A stretch of DNA of 64,000 bases from a bacterium. GTDB taxonomy: Bacteria; UBA8248; JACPRG01; G963555815. The notes under the pieces are model-generated. The model did no database searches. It saw nothing but the letters and a program-made list of their open reading frames with translations, and was not told the origin of the DNA. Made by a program: the position numbers and the translations under genes. Shown in pieces: positions 1 to 10,697 of this stretch (positions are counted from its first letter, which is position 1; each line of letters opens with the position of its first letter). The stretch lies in the NCBI GenBank assembly GCA_965218795.1, contig OZ244653.1, forward strand, positions 3,552,001 through 3,616,000. The letters run 5' to 3'.

Positions 1-541
1 CCTGGCCGCGGGCTCTCACGCCGACCCTCGGTATGAGACCGAAAAGCTGGACGGAATCCCCCCCGACTGGGCGGGCCCGCTGCTGGAGATGGAGGAGGTG
101 GCATGGTTGCTCGTGGAGGCCGACGGCTCCCAGCGAAGGCCCGTCAAAGCCCCGGGGAGTCGGGAGCCCGTTTGGCCGAAACCCGTGGATTGGGCGGTCG
201 GTGTCCTGGGGTTGTCGGCATTGGGACGGCCCAATCATCAGGACCGGGTGTTCCGGCCGGATCGAGTCACACAGGTCACGGGAACTCCGGAAGGGGCCGC
301 CCTGGACCTGTCCGCCTACCTTGCGCTGATGGCGAGCCCGGACGGGATATTCCGCGGCGCTCCGAAGGAATCCCATCTCATCGGCTTCCTCAATCAGACC
401 GATGCCTGCGATCAGGTTGTCGATCACGACACGATAGGATATATACTTAACAGTGGGATTGATGCCGGAGGAATGGAATCAATCTTTTCCGGAAGCCTGT
501 TAGAGGCGAAGATTCAAAAGATTTGGGCGCGCAGCGCGTAA
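1..541 (+). CDS. yqeC: YqeC-like selenium-dependent molybdenum hydroxylase accessory protein (5'-truncated by window)
   Basis: Frame open from position 2; LVEADGS.RRPVKAP...EPVWP and LNQ.D motifs; next to xdhC. Confidence 0.75.
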   Translation, partial: LAAGSHADPRYETEKLDGIPPDWAGPLLEMEEVAWLLVEADGSQRRPVKAPGSREPVWPKPVDWAVGVLGLSALGRPNHQDRVFRPDRVTQVTGTPEGAALDLSAYLALMASPDGIFRGAPKESHLIGFLNQTDACDQVVDHDTIGYILNSGIDAGGMESIFSGSLLEAKIQKIWARSA

Positions 542-651
542 GCCGCATTCACCGGTTTCACGCGGATGCGTCGCAGCCTGATAGGAAAGTCGAACGAAAA
601 GACCCCCGACCGTGGGTCGAACAGGATCCGGGGAACCGACCGGAGGGCATC

Positions 652-1806
652 ATGGCCGACATTTATAAGGAAATTCAGGAAACGCGGGAAAAGGGCGGAG
701 CAGGAGCCATCGCCTCCGTGGTCGCTCGCAAGGGTTCCGCTCCGATGAGCGCCGACGCCAAGATGATCGTCTATCAGGACGGATCGATGAAGGGGACGGT
801 CGGCGGCGGCTGTCTCGAGGCGGACGTCTGGGCCGAGGCCAAACGGGTCCTCCGCAAGGGCGGGGCGACGAAGATGAGCTTCGACCTGACCGAGGCCGAG
901 GCCGGCGAGAGCGGGCACATTTGCGGCGGCATCGTGGACGTGCTGATCGAGCCGCTGTCGAACTACTCCGCCGAGATCCTGTCGGAGGTTGTCCGCATCC
1001 GCGCCGAAGGCGGGCGGGCCGTGCTGGCCAGCGTCGCGAGCCGGACCGACCAGAAGATTCCCGGTCCGGACGACCGGATGCTCGTCTACAAGGACGGGAG
1101 TACGCTCGGCTCGCTGGAGGGCATCGAGAAGGAAGTCGTTGATCTCGCCGGCGAGGTCCTTTCGGACGAGAAGCCGGCCAACCGGAATTTTTCGCTCCCT
1201 GATTCGGACGTCCAGGTCGAGGTGTTCCTCGAGCCCATCGTGACCCGGCCCACGGTATACATCTTCGGCGGCGGGCACGTGTCCAAGCATATCGCCAAGG
1301 TGGCGGACGTCGCCGGTTTCCACATCGTGATCGTGGAAGACCGCGAATCCTACGCCAACCAGGAGCGTTTCCCGGAGGTCGAGGATTTTATCGTGCACGA
1401 TGACTTCGATAACCTGGAAAGCGTGATGCCGGAAATCGAAGAGACGGACATGGCGATCATCGTCACCCGGGGCCATCAGTATGACAAGGACATCCTGACC
1501 TGGGCCTGGGACAAACCCTTCCGGTACCTGGGCATGATCGGCAGCAGGACCAAGATCCTCGCGACGTACCGTCAGTTGGAGCAGGAGATGGGCGTTCCGC
1601 GCGACGATTTCGTCAAGCGGATCCGGGCCCCCATGGGACTGAACCTCGGGTCCGACGTTCCCGGCGAGATCGCGGTGGCCATCGTGGCGGAGCTGGTCCA
1701 GGTTCGCAGGCAGAGCCTGATCAAGGAGCCTGAGCTGGCTGGTCAGCCGTTGAGCCGTTCGCTGTTGAAGCATGTCAAGAAAGATCCCGAATTGACCGTG
1801 GCTTGA
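652..1806 (+). CDS. xdhC: XdhC/CoxI-family Mo-hydroxylase maturation factor with duplicated N-terminal module
   Basis: GSAP...AKM..GTVGGGCLE, ICGG, second GSTLGSL module, FGGGHV Rossmann part, GMIGSR.K and APMGL.LG..PGEIAVAI; GGAGG before ATG 652. Confidence 0.88.
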   Translation: MADIYKEIQETREKGGAGAIASVVARKGSAPMSADAKMIVYQDGSMKGTVGGGCLEADVWAEAKRVLRKGGATKMSFDLTEAEAGESGHICGGIVDVLIEPLSNYSAEILSEVVRIRAEGGRAVLASVASRTDQKIPGPDDRMLVYKDGSTLGSLEGIEKEVVDLAGEVLSDEKPANRNFSLPDSDVQVEVFLEPIVTRPTVYIFGGGHVSKHIAKVADVAGFHIVIVEDRESYANQERFPEVEDFIVHDDFDNLESVMPEIEETDMAIIVTRGHQYDKDILTWAWDKPFRYLGMIGSRTKILATYRQLEQEMGVPRDDFVKRIRAPMGLNLGSDVPGEIAVAIVAELVQVRRQSLIKEPELAGQPLSRSLLKHVKKDPELTVA

Positions 1807-1838
1807 GAGGAAGGGAAGTCTCTCCGGGGCCTTCGCGC

Positions 1839-2624
1839 ATGACGACTCCGGCGGTCCAATGGGTTTCGAAGAATCTGCGGGGGCTCCTGGATGGAGTCCT
1901 TGATTTTTTCCTACCCGCTTCCTGCGCCGCGTGCAGCGAGATCATCGGGTCGACGGTCCGGGCGTCTTCCGCCTCCCCCCGCGTGTGCACCGGCTGCTGG
2001 AATTCCATCCAGATGTTGCGCCCCCCTTTTTGCCCCCGATGCGGAGAGCCCTTTGCCTCCGATTACGCCCTGAGCGATTCCCCCGGCCACCTGTGCGGAA
2101 AGTGCAGGGAGAAAGAGCCCTGGTTCGATTCGGCGCGCGCCGCCGGACTCTACGAGGGGGCGCTCCGGGCCATCATCCACAGCTACAAGTACGATGCGAT
2201 GAGCGGATTGTCCGGCGCGTTGACGGATCTCCTGAACGAGCGGTTCAAGGAAGGGTTCGGCGGGGAAACCTTCGATTGGGTCACCCATGTCCCCCTGCAC
2301 CCCCGCAGATACCGTGAACGGGGTTTCGATCAATCCTGGTTTCTGGCGCGAAGATTGGGCCGGGCGGAGGGGGTGACCGCAAAACCCTACCTCCTGGAGC
2401 GGGTCAGGTGGAATGCCGCCCAGTCCAATTTGACCGAGCCTCAGCGGCGGGCGAACGTCCGGAATGCCTTCGTCGTCCGCGACCCGCAGAGCGTCACGGG
2501 GCGGCGGGTCCTTCTGGTGGATGATGTCCTGACGACCGGATCCACGGCCGATGAATGCGCACGGGTCTTGAAGAAGGCCGGAGCGGAATCCGTTCACGTC
2601 TACACCGTCGCGCGCACGGCCTGA
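1839..2624 (+). CDS. comF: ComF-family double zinc-ribbon phosphoribosyltransferase
   Basis: CAAC, CTGC, CPRC, CGKC; RGFDQS; LLVDDVLTTGST PRPP motif. Confidence 0.9.
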   Translation: MTTPAVQWVSKNLRGLLDGVLDFFLPASCAACSEIIGSTVRASSASPRVCTGCWNSIQMLRPPFCPRCGEPFASDYALSDSPGHLCGKCREKEPWFDSARAAGLYEGALRAIIHSYKYDAMSGLSGALTDLLNERFKEGFGGETFDWVTHVPLHPRRYRERGFDQSWFLARRLGRAEGVTAKPYLLERVRWNAAQSNLTEPQRRANVRNAFVVRDPQSVTGRRVLLVDDVLTTGSTADECARVLKKAGAESVHVYTVARTA

Positions 2625-2899
2625 GGGGCGGGGTTTGACGAAGAAAGTTATTGAAATTTTGGTTTCAGTCTAATTTCGCTGGATATGGATTTTTCTCTGG
2701 GTATGAGCACAATATTTAGTGACTTTTTCTAATTTAATGAAATGTCCAATTTCGATATGACAATTAAACTTTTTCGCAGTTTTATTGAATAGAGGCGGTT
2801 TGTCCTCGCTAATTAAGGTTTCGTTGAGTTCACAAAATATTATTTAACAATTCTGCGTTTTTCTTGAATAAAACAAATCCATCTATACACTGCAAAGGA

Positions 2900-2923
2900 A
2901 AGAATATTGGGTCAGATATTCTT
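2900..2923. promoter_or_regulatory. Inverted-repeat operator candidate upstream of fic
   Basis: AAGAATAT-N8-ATATTCTT, downstream of TTGAAT(2864)-16-TACACT(2886), 17 nt before ATG 2941. Confidence 0.45.
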
Positions 2924-2940
2924 AGCGAGATAGTTGTTCC

Positions 2941-4103
2941 ATGAAAGCTTCAGATTTCACAGAAGCAAGTCCTGGTCGTTTGGTCATCACCCCGGCGGGC
3001 GTACCGGGATTTGTTCCCAATCCACTTCCACCTCCAATCGAAATCGATCTGACGACGATGAATGCTTTGGCCGAAGCGCGCGCTGCGCTGGGGTATCTCT
3101 CGGGAGTCGGAGAAACATTGCCGAATTTCCATCTGCTGATACGTCCATTTCTTCGAAAGGAGGCAGAAGCATCAAGTCGTATTGAGGGCACATTGACTGA
3201 GTTATCAGAGGTACTGCTTTTTGACGTGGATCCATCCCAGGAACCAGAAGGCTCTGACGCTGGCGAAATTCGAAATTATGTGACTGCGCTTGAGAAAGGC
3301 CTTGAAAGTCTGGAAAAACTCCCTGTTTCTCTTCGTTCTCTCAGGGAGTCCCACGCAACCCTGATGAGCGGCGTCAGGGGAGGAGACAAATCCCCTGGCG
3401 AATTCCGCCGCGTGCAAAATTGGATCGGACGGAGCCGGATAGAAGACGCCGCCTATGTCCCCCCACCTGTGACTGAAATGCAACAATGTCTTTCAGATTG
3501 GGAGAGATTTATCCACGATGAACCCGATCTTCCTCCTCTCACCCGATTGGCTCTGCTGCATTACCAGTTTGAAGTGATTCATCCGTTCGTAGATGGAAAT
3601 GGTCGGATTGGGAGGTTATTGATCCCCATTTTAATGTGTGAATGGCGTCTCATTTCCCAACCGCTTCTCTATCTCAGCGTGTACTTTGAGCGAAATCGGC
3701 GTGATTATTTCGATCTTCTTTTGGCTGTGAGTCAACACGGTCTATGGAATGAATGGATCCTGTTTTTTTGATTGGCATTGAACAACAGGCCAAAGACGCG
3801 GCATGGCGCTCCAGACGGTTGATGGATAAGTGGACCGAGTATCGCTCAAGAGGACAGTCGGAGAGAAATGCCTCCACGTTGCTTCCTGTTATCGATGGTT
3901 TGTTGGAGTTTCCCTATTGCACAGCACGCCGCGTCGAAACGCTGGCTGGCGTTTCCCCTCCTACGGCTCTAAAAGCGATCGGGAGACTGGAGTCGTTAGG
4001 AATCGTAACCGAAATTACCGGAAATGAAAGAAATCGCATCTGGAGAGCAAGCGATATCATGAATATCTTGACACAGGATTTTAATGAATCCGATTTTGAG
4101 TAA
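2941..4103 (+). pseudogene. Fic family protein with C-terminal HTH, split by a 1-nt frameshift (real or sequencing error)
   Basis: SSRIEGT inhibitory motif, HPFVDGNGRIGR. Frame 2941-3771 continues in 3753-4103 if T7 at 3763-3769 is T8 (…WILFFLIGIEQQ…). Confidence 0.85.
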
Positions 4104-4109
4104 TTTAGC

Positions 4110-4931
4110 ATGATCTTGTTGTCTGATTGGATTTCTATTGTGAGGGTTTACATTTTGCAGAAATCGAGTTTCTGCCAGAAAGCGCAATTCGAAAGCGGCT
4201 GGATCCACGTCGAGAAGAGCCCCCGCCGCGTCCGGGTGAAGTTTGGCGGAAAGATCGTCGCCGACAGCCGAAGGGTTTGCCTCGTGAGGGAGTCGATGCG
4301 GATTCCCCTGTACTTTTTCCCCAAGGACGATGTCCGGATGGAATGTCTGGTCCCGGCCGATCGGACGGGGCATCATCCGAAGCTGGGCGACCCGGTCTAT
4401 TGGACCCTTCGGGTGGGAGCCAAAGCCGCTGAGAACGGGGCCTGGAGCTACCCGAAACCGCCGCAGGAATTTTCCAGCCTCCAGGACTGTCTTGCCTTTG
4501 AATGGGATGCAATGGACGCCTGGTATGAGGAGGACGAGGAGGTCTTCGTCCACGCCCGGGATCCGTACAAGCGGGTGGATGTTCTGAAGAGTACGCGCCG
4601 CGTCCGGATCGTTGTCGGGGGCGAGACAGTGGCGGAGACCCACCGGCCCTCGCTCTTGTTTGAGACGGGTATGCCCGTCCGGTACTACATCCCGCAGGAG
4701 GACGTTCGCATGGACCTGCTGGAGCCGACGGACACCGAATCGAGGTGCCCCTACAAGGGGATAGCAGGGTATTGGTCCGTGAAGGCGGGCGGGTCCATCA
4801 ACAGGGACGTGGCTTGGAGCTATCCGGACCCCATTCCCGAGTGCGCCAAAATCAAGGGATTGCTCTGCTTCTTCAACGAGAAAGTGGATGCCCTCTACGT
4901 GGATGAAGAATTGATGCCCACCGGCCCTTGA
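4110..4931 (+). CDS. DUF427 domain protein (two repeats); start uncertain
   Basis: Two RRVRV..GG..VA.S/T / Y.P..DVRM / AWSYP.P repeats; CPYKG in the second. Confidence 0.85.
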   Translation: MILLSDWISIVRVYILQKSSFCQKAQFESGWIHVEKSPRRVRVKFGGKIVADSRRVCLVRESMRIPLYFFPKDDVRMECLVPADRTGHHPKLGDPVYWTLRVGAKAAENGAWSYPKPPQEFSSLQDCLAFEWDAMDAWYEEDEEVFVHARDPYKRVDVLKSTRRVRIVVGGETVAETHRPSLLFETGMPVRYYIPQEDVRMDLLEPTDTESRCPYKGIAGYWSVKAGGSINRDVAWSYPDPIPECAKIKGLLCFFNEKVDALYVDEELMPTGP

Positions 4932-5305
4932 CTCCATAGCCCTAGCATCGTGCATCCGCGTTTTCGCCGTGCCTGCCCAGGAGGCCACCGCAAGGCAATG
5001 CGCCATAAAGGTCTGATTCAGAGACAAATCCTCATCCGCGAAACGGCCTGCCCAAACACACCTTGCTCGCATACCTGCGTGATAACCCCATCTGCTAGGC
5101 ATGACCCAAGAAATAATTAGAAATGAAACCATGTAGGACTTAGTGGGACTATGCGGGACAGGGGGCTGTAAAAACAGGAGGTTAGGATGCTTCGGCGCGC
5201 TTCGCAATATGGTTTAAGTAATTGGAAATTTTTCGATGAAATTGGCGTAAAACGCTTTTTTCATGTTTTTTCCAAAGCGATCTCAGGGTGCGTTTGGGAG
5301 GATTT

Positions 5306-6038
5306 TCATTGGAATCCGTTTATCAGCGTGCGGAGGTTGACCGCCAGCTGGTCGGCGTTGAACCAGTGGGGGTCGTCCTTCATCAAGACGGTGGGTGTGC
5401 GGGGCAGGATCCCATCTTCGTCTGCAATCGATACCGGCAGGCACATGCGCCAATCGTCGTAGGACGCTCTGACCAGTTCGTCCCTGGTCGATACCCCGTA
5501 GAACTCCATCAGCCATTCCATGGCTTCGGGATTTTCAATCAGGGGCAACCCTGAATCGAGGGGACGGCCCCTGAATATCGAGTTGGAGACGTTGCACAGG
5601 AGAAGATCGAACTCGCCGACCAGATACCTGTCATTCGTGGTGGATTGGCGTGCAAGATTGCTTCTCGACTTGTGGCACTTCACGGCAAAGTGCGGCACCG
5701 GAGCCCTCCGAGACCTCAGCCTGAAGCCGCCCCTTACGGCGTTCTTCGTCTCCGCCTTCAGTCGACTGCCGGTTCGCCTGAAGGTGATACTGACATCCTC
5801 GTCTATGGTTCCGGCCTGCGGGTTCAGGTGAAGTTTCTGCACATCCCACTCTCTCGGGTCCAGGACCTGCCGCAAGAAGGCCGCGCCGATGTACTCGGTC
5901 GCCTTGCCCCGGATCATCGGCAAGACCTTCTGGTCTTCTAGGATGTCCAGCAAATTCTCTCGCGGGATGTTGCTAGGTTCGGCAATACTCGGTGATGCTG
6001 TTGTAGATGTGCAGCATCTCCCCGTTGCCATCAGACAT
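5306..6038 (-). CDS. Putative type II restriction endonuclease (5' end ambiguous, possible frameshift near 5973)
   Basis: Coupled downstream of MTase; MIRGKATE, EDVSI...AETK (PD-(D/E)XK-like), VKCHKSRS, RY..GEFDLL. Confidence 0.6.
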
Positions 6039-6939
6039 CGTAGTTTCGAACAAAGACTTCCCGTCCCTTGTATCGCGTGCTTCTGAACCCGTCCTTTTTC
6101 TTGGTCCCGTTTCTCTGGTCGTCCGTCCGGTTGATGGTGTAGTTCCATTCCTTGCCGGTGATCGAGGTTGCCCAGCTGTAGAGGTCACGCACGGCTTCGT
6201 GCTCGTCGTATGTGAGAAGGAACCGGATTCTGCGCCTGTGACGATACAGGCAATCGGCCAAACGCTGGTGATCGGCGGGCGTGAACGTGCAATTGTAGAA
6301 CTTCTGTTGATTCGCGTCGTAGTATGGCGGATCGACAAAGGCGAAACACCCGTCCGGCAGACCGTCGATGACTTCCTCGAAATCGCGGGAGATCAACTCC
6401 ACGCCTTGCAGCTTGTCGGATACGGTTCTGAGGTGGAGCGGCCAGTTTTCGGGCCGCATGGAGTACTTCTTGCCGAAGCCCCAATAGCAGTTCTCCGGCC
6501 GCATGATGCCACTGTAGGAGGTCCGGTTCAGGTAATACCACCTGAAGGCCCGTTCCAGGTCGTTGCGCGGCTCGTAGCGGTTCTTGTAGAAGTCGTGGTT
6601 TCGCTTCGTGGCCTTGATCCCGCTCAACTTCCCTATCAGGGCTTCCACATGGTCCCTGATGTGGAGCAATACGTTGATCACGTCACAGTCGAGGTCGTTG
6701 AGAATAGAGGTCTCTGCCTTTTCCTTGGCAAAGAACACGGAGGCACCGCCAGCGAACGGCTCACAATAGTCCCGATGATGGGGGAGCACATCGAGTATCA
6801 GGCGCCGGGCGTAGAACTTTCCGCCGGGATATCGGAAAGGAGAGTTGGATTTGCGCGAGCGAGGAAGGCTGTCCTGCCTGGCCCCCGGAAAATGGAACTG
6901 GCCTTGTCGTGCGAATACCTCTGAACGTATATTCCCCAT
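6031..6939 (-). CDS. Dam-family (D12 class) N6-adenine DNA methyltransferase
   Basis: SPFRYPGGK, EPFAGGASVF, NDLD, DPPYY, LTYD motifs. Confidence 0.92.
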   Translation of the reverse strand: MGNIRSEVFARQGQFHFPGARQDSLPRSRKSNSPFRYPGGKFYARRLILDVLPHHRDYCEPFAGGASVFFAKEKAETSILNDLDCDVINVLLHIRDHVEALIGKLSGIKATKRNHDFYKNRYEPRNDLERAFRWYYLNRTSYSGIMRPENCYWGFGKKYSMRPENWPLHLRTVSDKLQGVELISRDFEEVIDGLPDGCFAFVDPPYYDANQQKFYNCTFTPADHQRLADCLYRHRRRIRFLLTYDEHEAVRDLYSWATSITGKEWNYTINRTDDQRNGTKKKDGFRSTRYKGREVFVRNYDV

Positions 6940-7112
6940 CCCCGCCCTTCTCCTGTCCCTCAAAATAGACATTCCCAGGAAAGCCTGTCAAGCATCCATC
7001 CTCCATATCCCAAATAGTTCAGGCGCGATTTGCAGTTGTTTCAGGAAGGCTATAACGGGGATCGTTAAGCTTTGGCTCCCTTTGACCCGCTACCGCAGCA
7101 TACCTATAATAA

Positions 7113-8234
<1,122 letters not shown>

Positions 8235-8260
8235 TCCCCTCCGGGCTTCTTTCCACTGCC

Positions 8261-9478
8261 ATGACCCCAGTATCTGGTTGGAAAACCCTCGTCGATCTGG
8301 ATGCCTTCGCCAAGCGCGTCTTCGTCCGGTGCGATTTCAATGTCCCGCTGGACGAGAATAGGGCCGTCTCGGACGATACGCGCATCCGTGCCGTAATCCC
8401 GACGCTTGAACGGCTGCGTTCAGCCGGCGCACGAACGATCCTGGCCTCTCATCTGGGCCGGCCGAAGGGAGCGCCCAAGCCCGAGTTCAGCCTCGCCCCG
8501 ATTGCCGATCATCTGAGCGGGCTTCTGGGGACGAACGTCCCCCTCGCCCCGGACTGCATCGGTCCGCAGGCGGCCGCCCTCGTGGATGATGTGGAACCCG
8601 GAGGTTTTCTCTTGCTGGAAAATCTGCGCTTTCACGCGGGAGAGGAAAAAAATGAGGAGGGCTTTGCCGCGGCGCTGGGGTCGCTGGCGGAGGCTTACGT
8701 CAACGACGCGTTTGGCTGCTCCCACCGGGCGCACGCGTCCGTGGCGGGCATCGTGGACACGCTGCGTCCCGCGGTGGCGGGCCTGCTGCTCGAGCGGGAG
8801 CTTCGGGTGCTCGGGGAGTTGATGGAAAATCCCCAGCGGCCGGTCGCGGCGGTGCTGGGCGGCGCGAAGGTTTCAGGCAAGCTCGGCGTCATCGAATCCC
8901 TGATGAAGCGCGTCGATCGAGTCCTCATCGGCGGGGCCATGGCCTACACCTTCTGGAAGACGCAGGGCCATCCCGTGGGAAATTCCTTGGTGGAAGACAA
9001 CATGCTGGAGATCGCGCGGGCGCTTCTGGAGGCGTCGGATGCGGGTTCCTGCGAGATCCTTCTGCCGGTGGACTGCGTGGCGGCCGAGACAATGGCGCCG
9101 GACGCTCAGCATCGAGCGGTGGGCATCGACGGAATCCCCGACGGCTGGATGGGGCTCGACATCGGTCCGGATTCTCTGGCGAAGTTCGGTGAGGCCCTTT
9201 CCGACGCCCGGACCATTGTCTGGAACGGGCCGATGGGGGTTTTCGAGATGGAGCCCTTCAGCCGCGGAACCCTGGGAATGGTGGAGCGCGTGACCGCCTC
9301 CTCCGCCCAGACGATCATCGGAGGCGGGGACACCGACGCAGCGGTCCATCAGGCCGGCGCGGGGGACCAGGTATCGTTCATCTCCACCGGCGGCGGGGCG
9401 TTCCTGAAGTTCTTGGAAGGCAAGGAGCTGCCCGGTGTGGCGGCGTTGAAAGGAGCGGCTCAAGATGCCCGATGGTAG
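8261..9478 (+). CDS. pgk: Phosphoglycerate kinase
   Basis: RCDFNVP, SHLGRPKG, LENLRF, GGAKVSGK, STGGGA. Confidence 0.97.
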   Translation: MTPVSGWKTLVDLDAFAKRVFVRCDFNVPLDENRAVSDDTRIRAVIPTLERLRSAGARTILASHLGRPKGAPKPEFSLAPIADHLSGLLGTNVPLAPDCIGPQAAALVDDVEPGGFLLLENLRFHAGEEKNEEGFAAALGSLAEAYVNDAFGCSHRAHASVAGIVDTLRPAVAGLLLERELRVLGELMENPQRPVAAVLGGAKVSGKLGVIESLMKRVDRVLIGGAMAYTFWKTQGHPVGNSLVEDNMLEIARALLEASDAGSCEILLPVDCVAAETMAPDAQHRAVGIDGIPDGWMGLDIGPDSLAKFGEALSDARTIVWNGPMGVFEMEPFSRGTLGMVERVTASSAQTIIGGGDTDAAVHQAGAGDQVSFISTGGGAFLKFLEGKELPGVAALKGAAQDARW

Positions 9479-10238
9479 ACGGCCTGTCATTGCCGGCAAC
9501 TGGAAAATGAACACGGACGCCGCGGAGGGCGAGGCCCTGGCCGGGGCCGTGGCGGAATCACTGAAGGGGTCCGCGCCCGAAGCGGTGGATGTGATCGTTG
9601 CCCCGCCGTTTCCATACCTCGAACGGATCGGCCGGGTCATCGAAGGCTCACCCGTCGAATTGGGCGCGCAGAACGCCGGATGGGAGAAGAAGGGAGGGTT
9701 CACAGGCGAAGTTTCCCCGGGGATGCTGCGCGACGTCGGCTGCCGGTACGTCATTCTGGGGCACTCCGAGCGGCGCGCTCTCCTGGGAGAATCGGACGAG
9801 CTCGTGAACCGCAAGATCCATGCCTGCCTGGAGGCCGGCCTCAGGCCCATCCTCTGCGTCGGTGAATCCTTTTCCGCGCGGAAGGGCAACCGGGCGGAGT
9901 CCGTCGTCGAGCGGCAGCTTTCGGGTTCGCTGAAGGGCGTGGACGCCGACGCCCTGAGACGGCTGATTGTCGCTTATGAGCCCGTCTGGGCCATCGGTAC
10001 GGGGGAGAACGCCACGCGGGAACAGGCTCAAGAGATGCACGCCTTTATCCGCTCCACCCTGGCGGACTCAATCGATTCAGTTGCGGCGGATGAGCTGCGG
10101 ATACAATATGGGGGTAGTGTGAACCCTGAGAATATCGCCTCCCTGATGGCCGGCGCCGACGTGGATGGAGCCTTGGTGGGAGGGGCCTCGCTCAAAGCGG
10201 AGTCGTTTCTTTCCGTGGTCCGCTATCGAGAGATCTGA
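9465..10238 (+). CDS. tpiA: Triosephosphate isomerase
   Basis: AGNWKMN, GHSERR, AYEPVWAIGTG, YGGSV, LVGGASL. Confidence 0.98.
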   Translation: MPDGRRPVIAGNWKMNTDAAEGEALAGAVAESLKGSAPEAVDVIVAPPFPYLERIGRVIEGSPVELGAQNAGWEKKGGFTGEVSPGMLRDVGCRYVILGHSERRALLGESDELVNRKIHACLEAGLRPILCVGESFSARKGNRAESVVERQLSGSLKGVDADALRRLIVAYEPVWAIGTGENATREQAQEMHAFIRSTLADSIDSVAADELRIQYGGSVNPENIASLMAGADVDGALVGGASLKAESFLSVVRYREI

Positions 10239-10246
10239 AGGAGAAA

Positions 10247-10618
10247 TTGATCGTGGCGCCTGATTTGTTCCGGATGATTCTGGTCGCCTTTCACGTGATG
10301 GTCGGCATTTTCCTGATTCTCGTCGTCCTGCTTCAGACCGGGAAAGGCGCCTCTCTGGGAGTGGCCTTCGGCGGCTCCAGCGACACGATGTTCGGCGCGC
10401 GCGGACCCGGCAGCTTCCTCAGCAAGATGACGACGGTTGTCGCCGTCGTGTTCATCCTCACCTCGCTCGCCTTGGCAACGCCGTATTTCGCCCGCCGGCA
10501 AGGCGGTTCCGTGATCCGCGAGCAGGCGGCGCCCGTCTCGACGCCCGCTCAGTCGGAATCACCCGGAAAATCCGGCCCGCCGGCCCCCTCCGGCGCCGCT
10601 CCGGCGGAAAAGAAGTGA
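10247..10618 (+). CDS. secG: Preprotein translocase subunit SecG
   Basis: Two TM helices around VLLQ.GKGA..G.AFGG...FG.RG; follows tpiA; AAGGAG RBS. Confidence 0.93.
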   Translation: MIVAPDLFRMILVAFHVMVGIFLILVVLLQTGKGASLGVAFGGSSDTMFGARGPGSFLSKMTTVVAVVFILTSLALATPYFARRQGGSVIREQAAPVSTPAQSESPGKSGPPAPSGAAPAEKK

Positions 10619-10697
10619 GCCGAAACGGTTGGGGGCGTATCCGAATCACCCTTTGCCGGGGGAGTCACCGCATGGCTGAGACGGGAGCGCAGCCGTC

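Noticed and set aside
3996-5207. 403-aa minus ORF and the 4932-5300 gap
   Set aside because: Mostly antisense to DUF427; no convincing gene or RNA structure in the gap.
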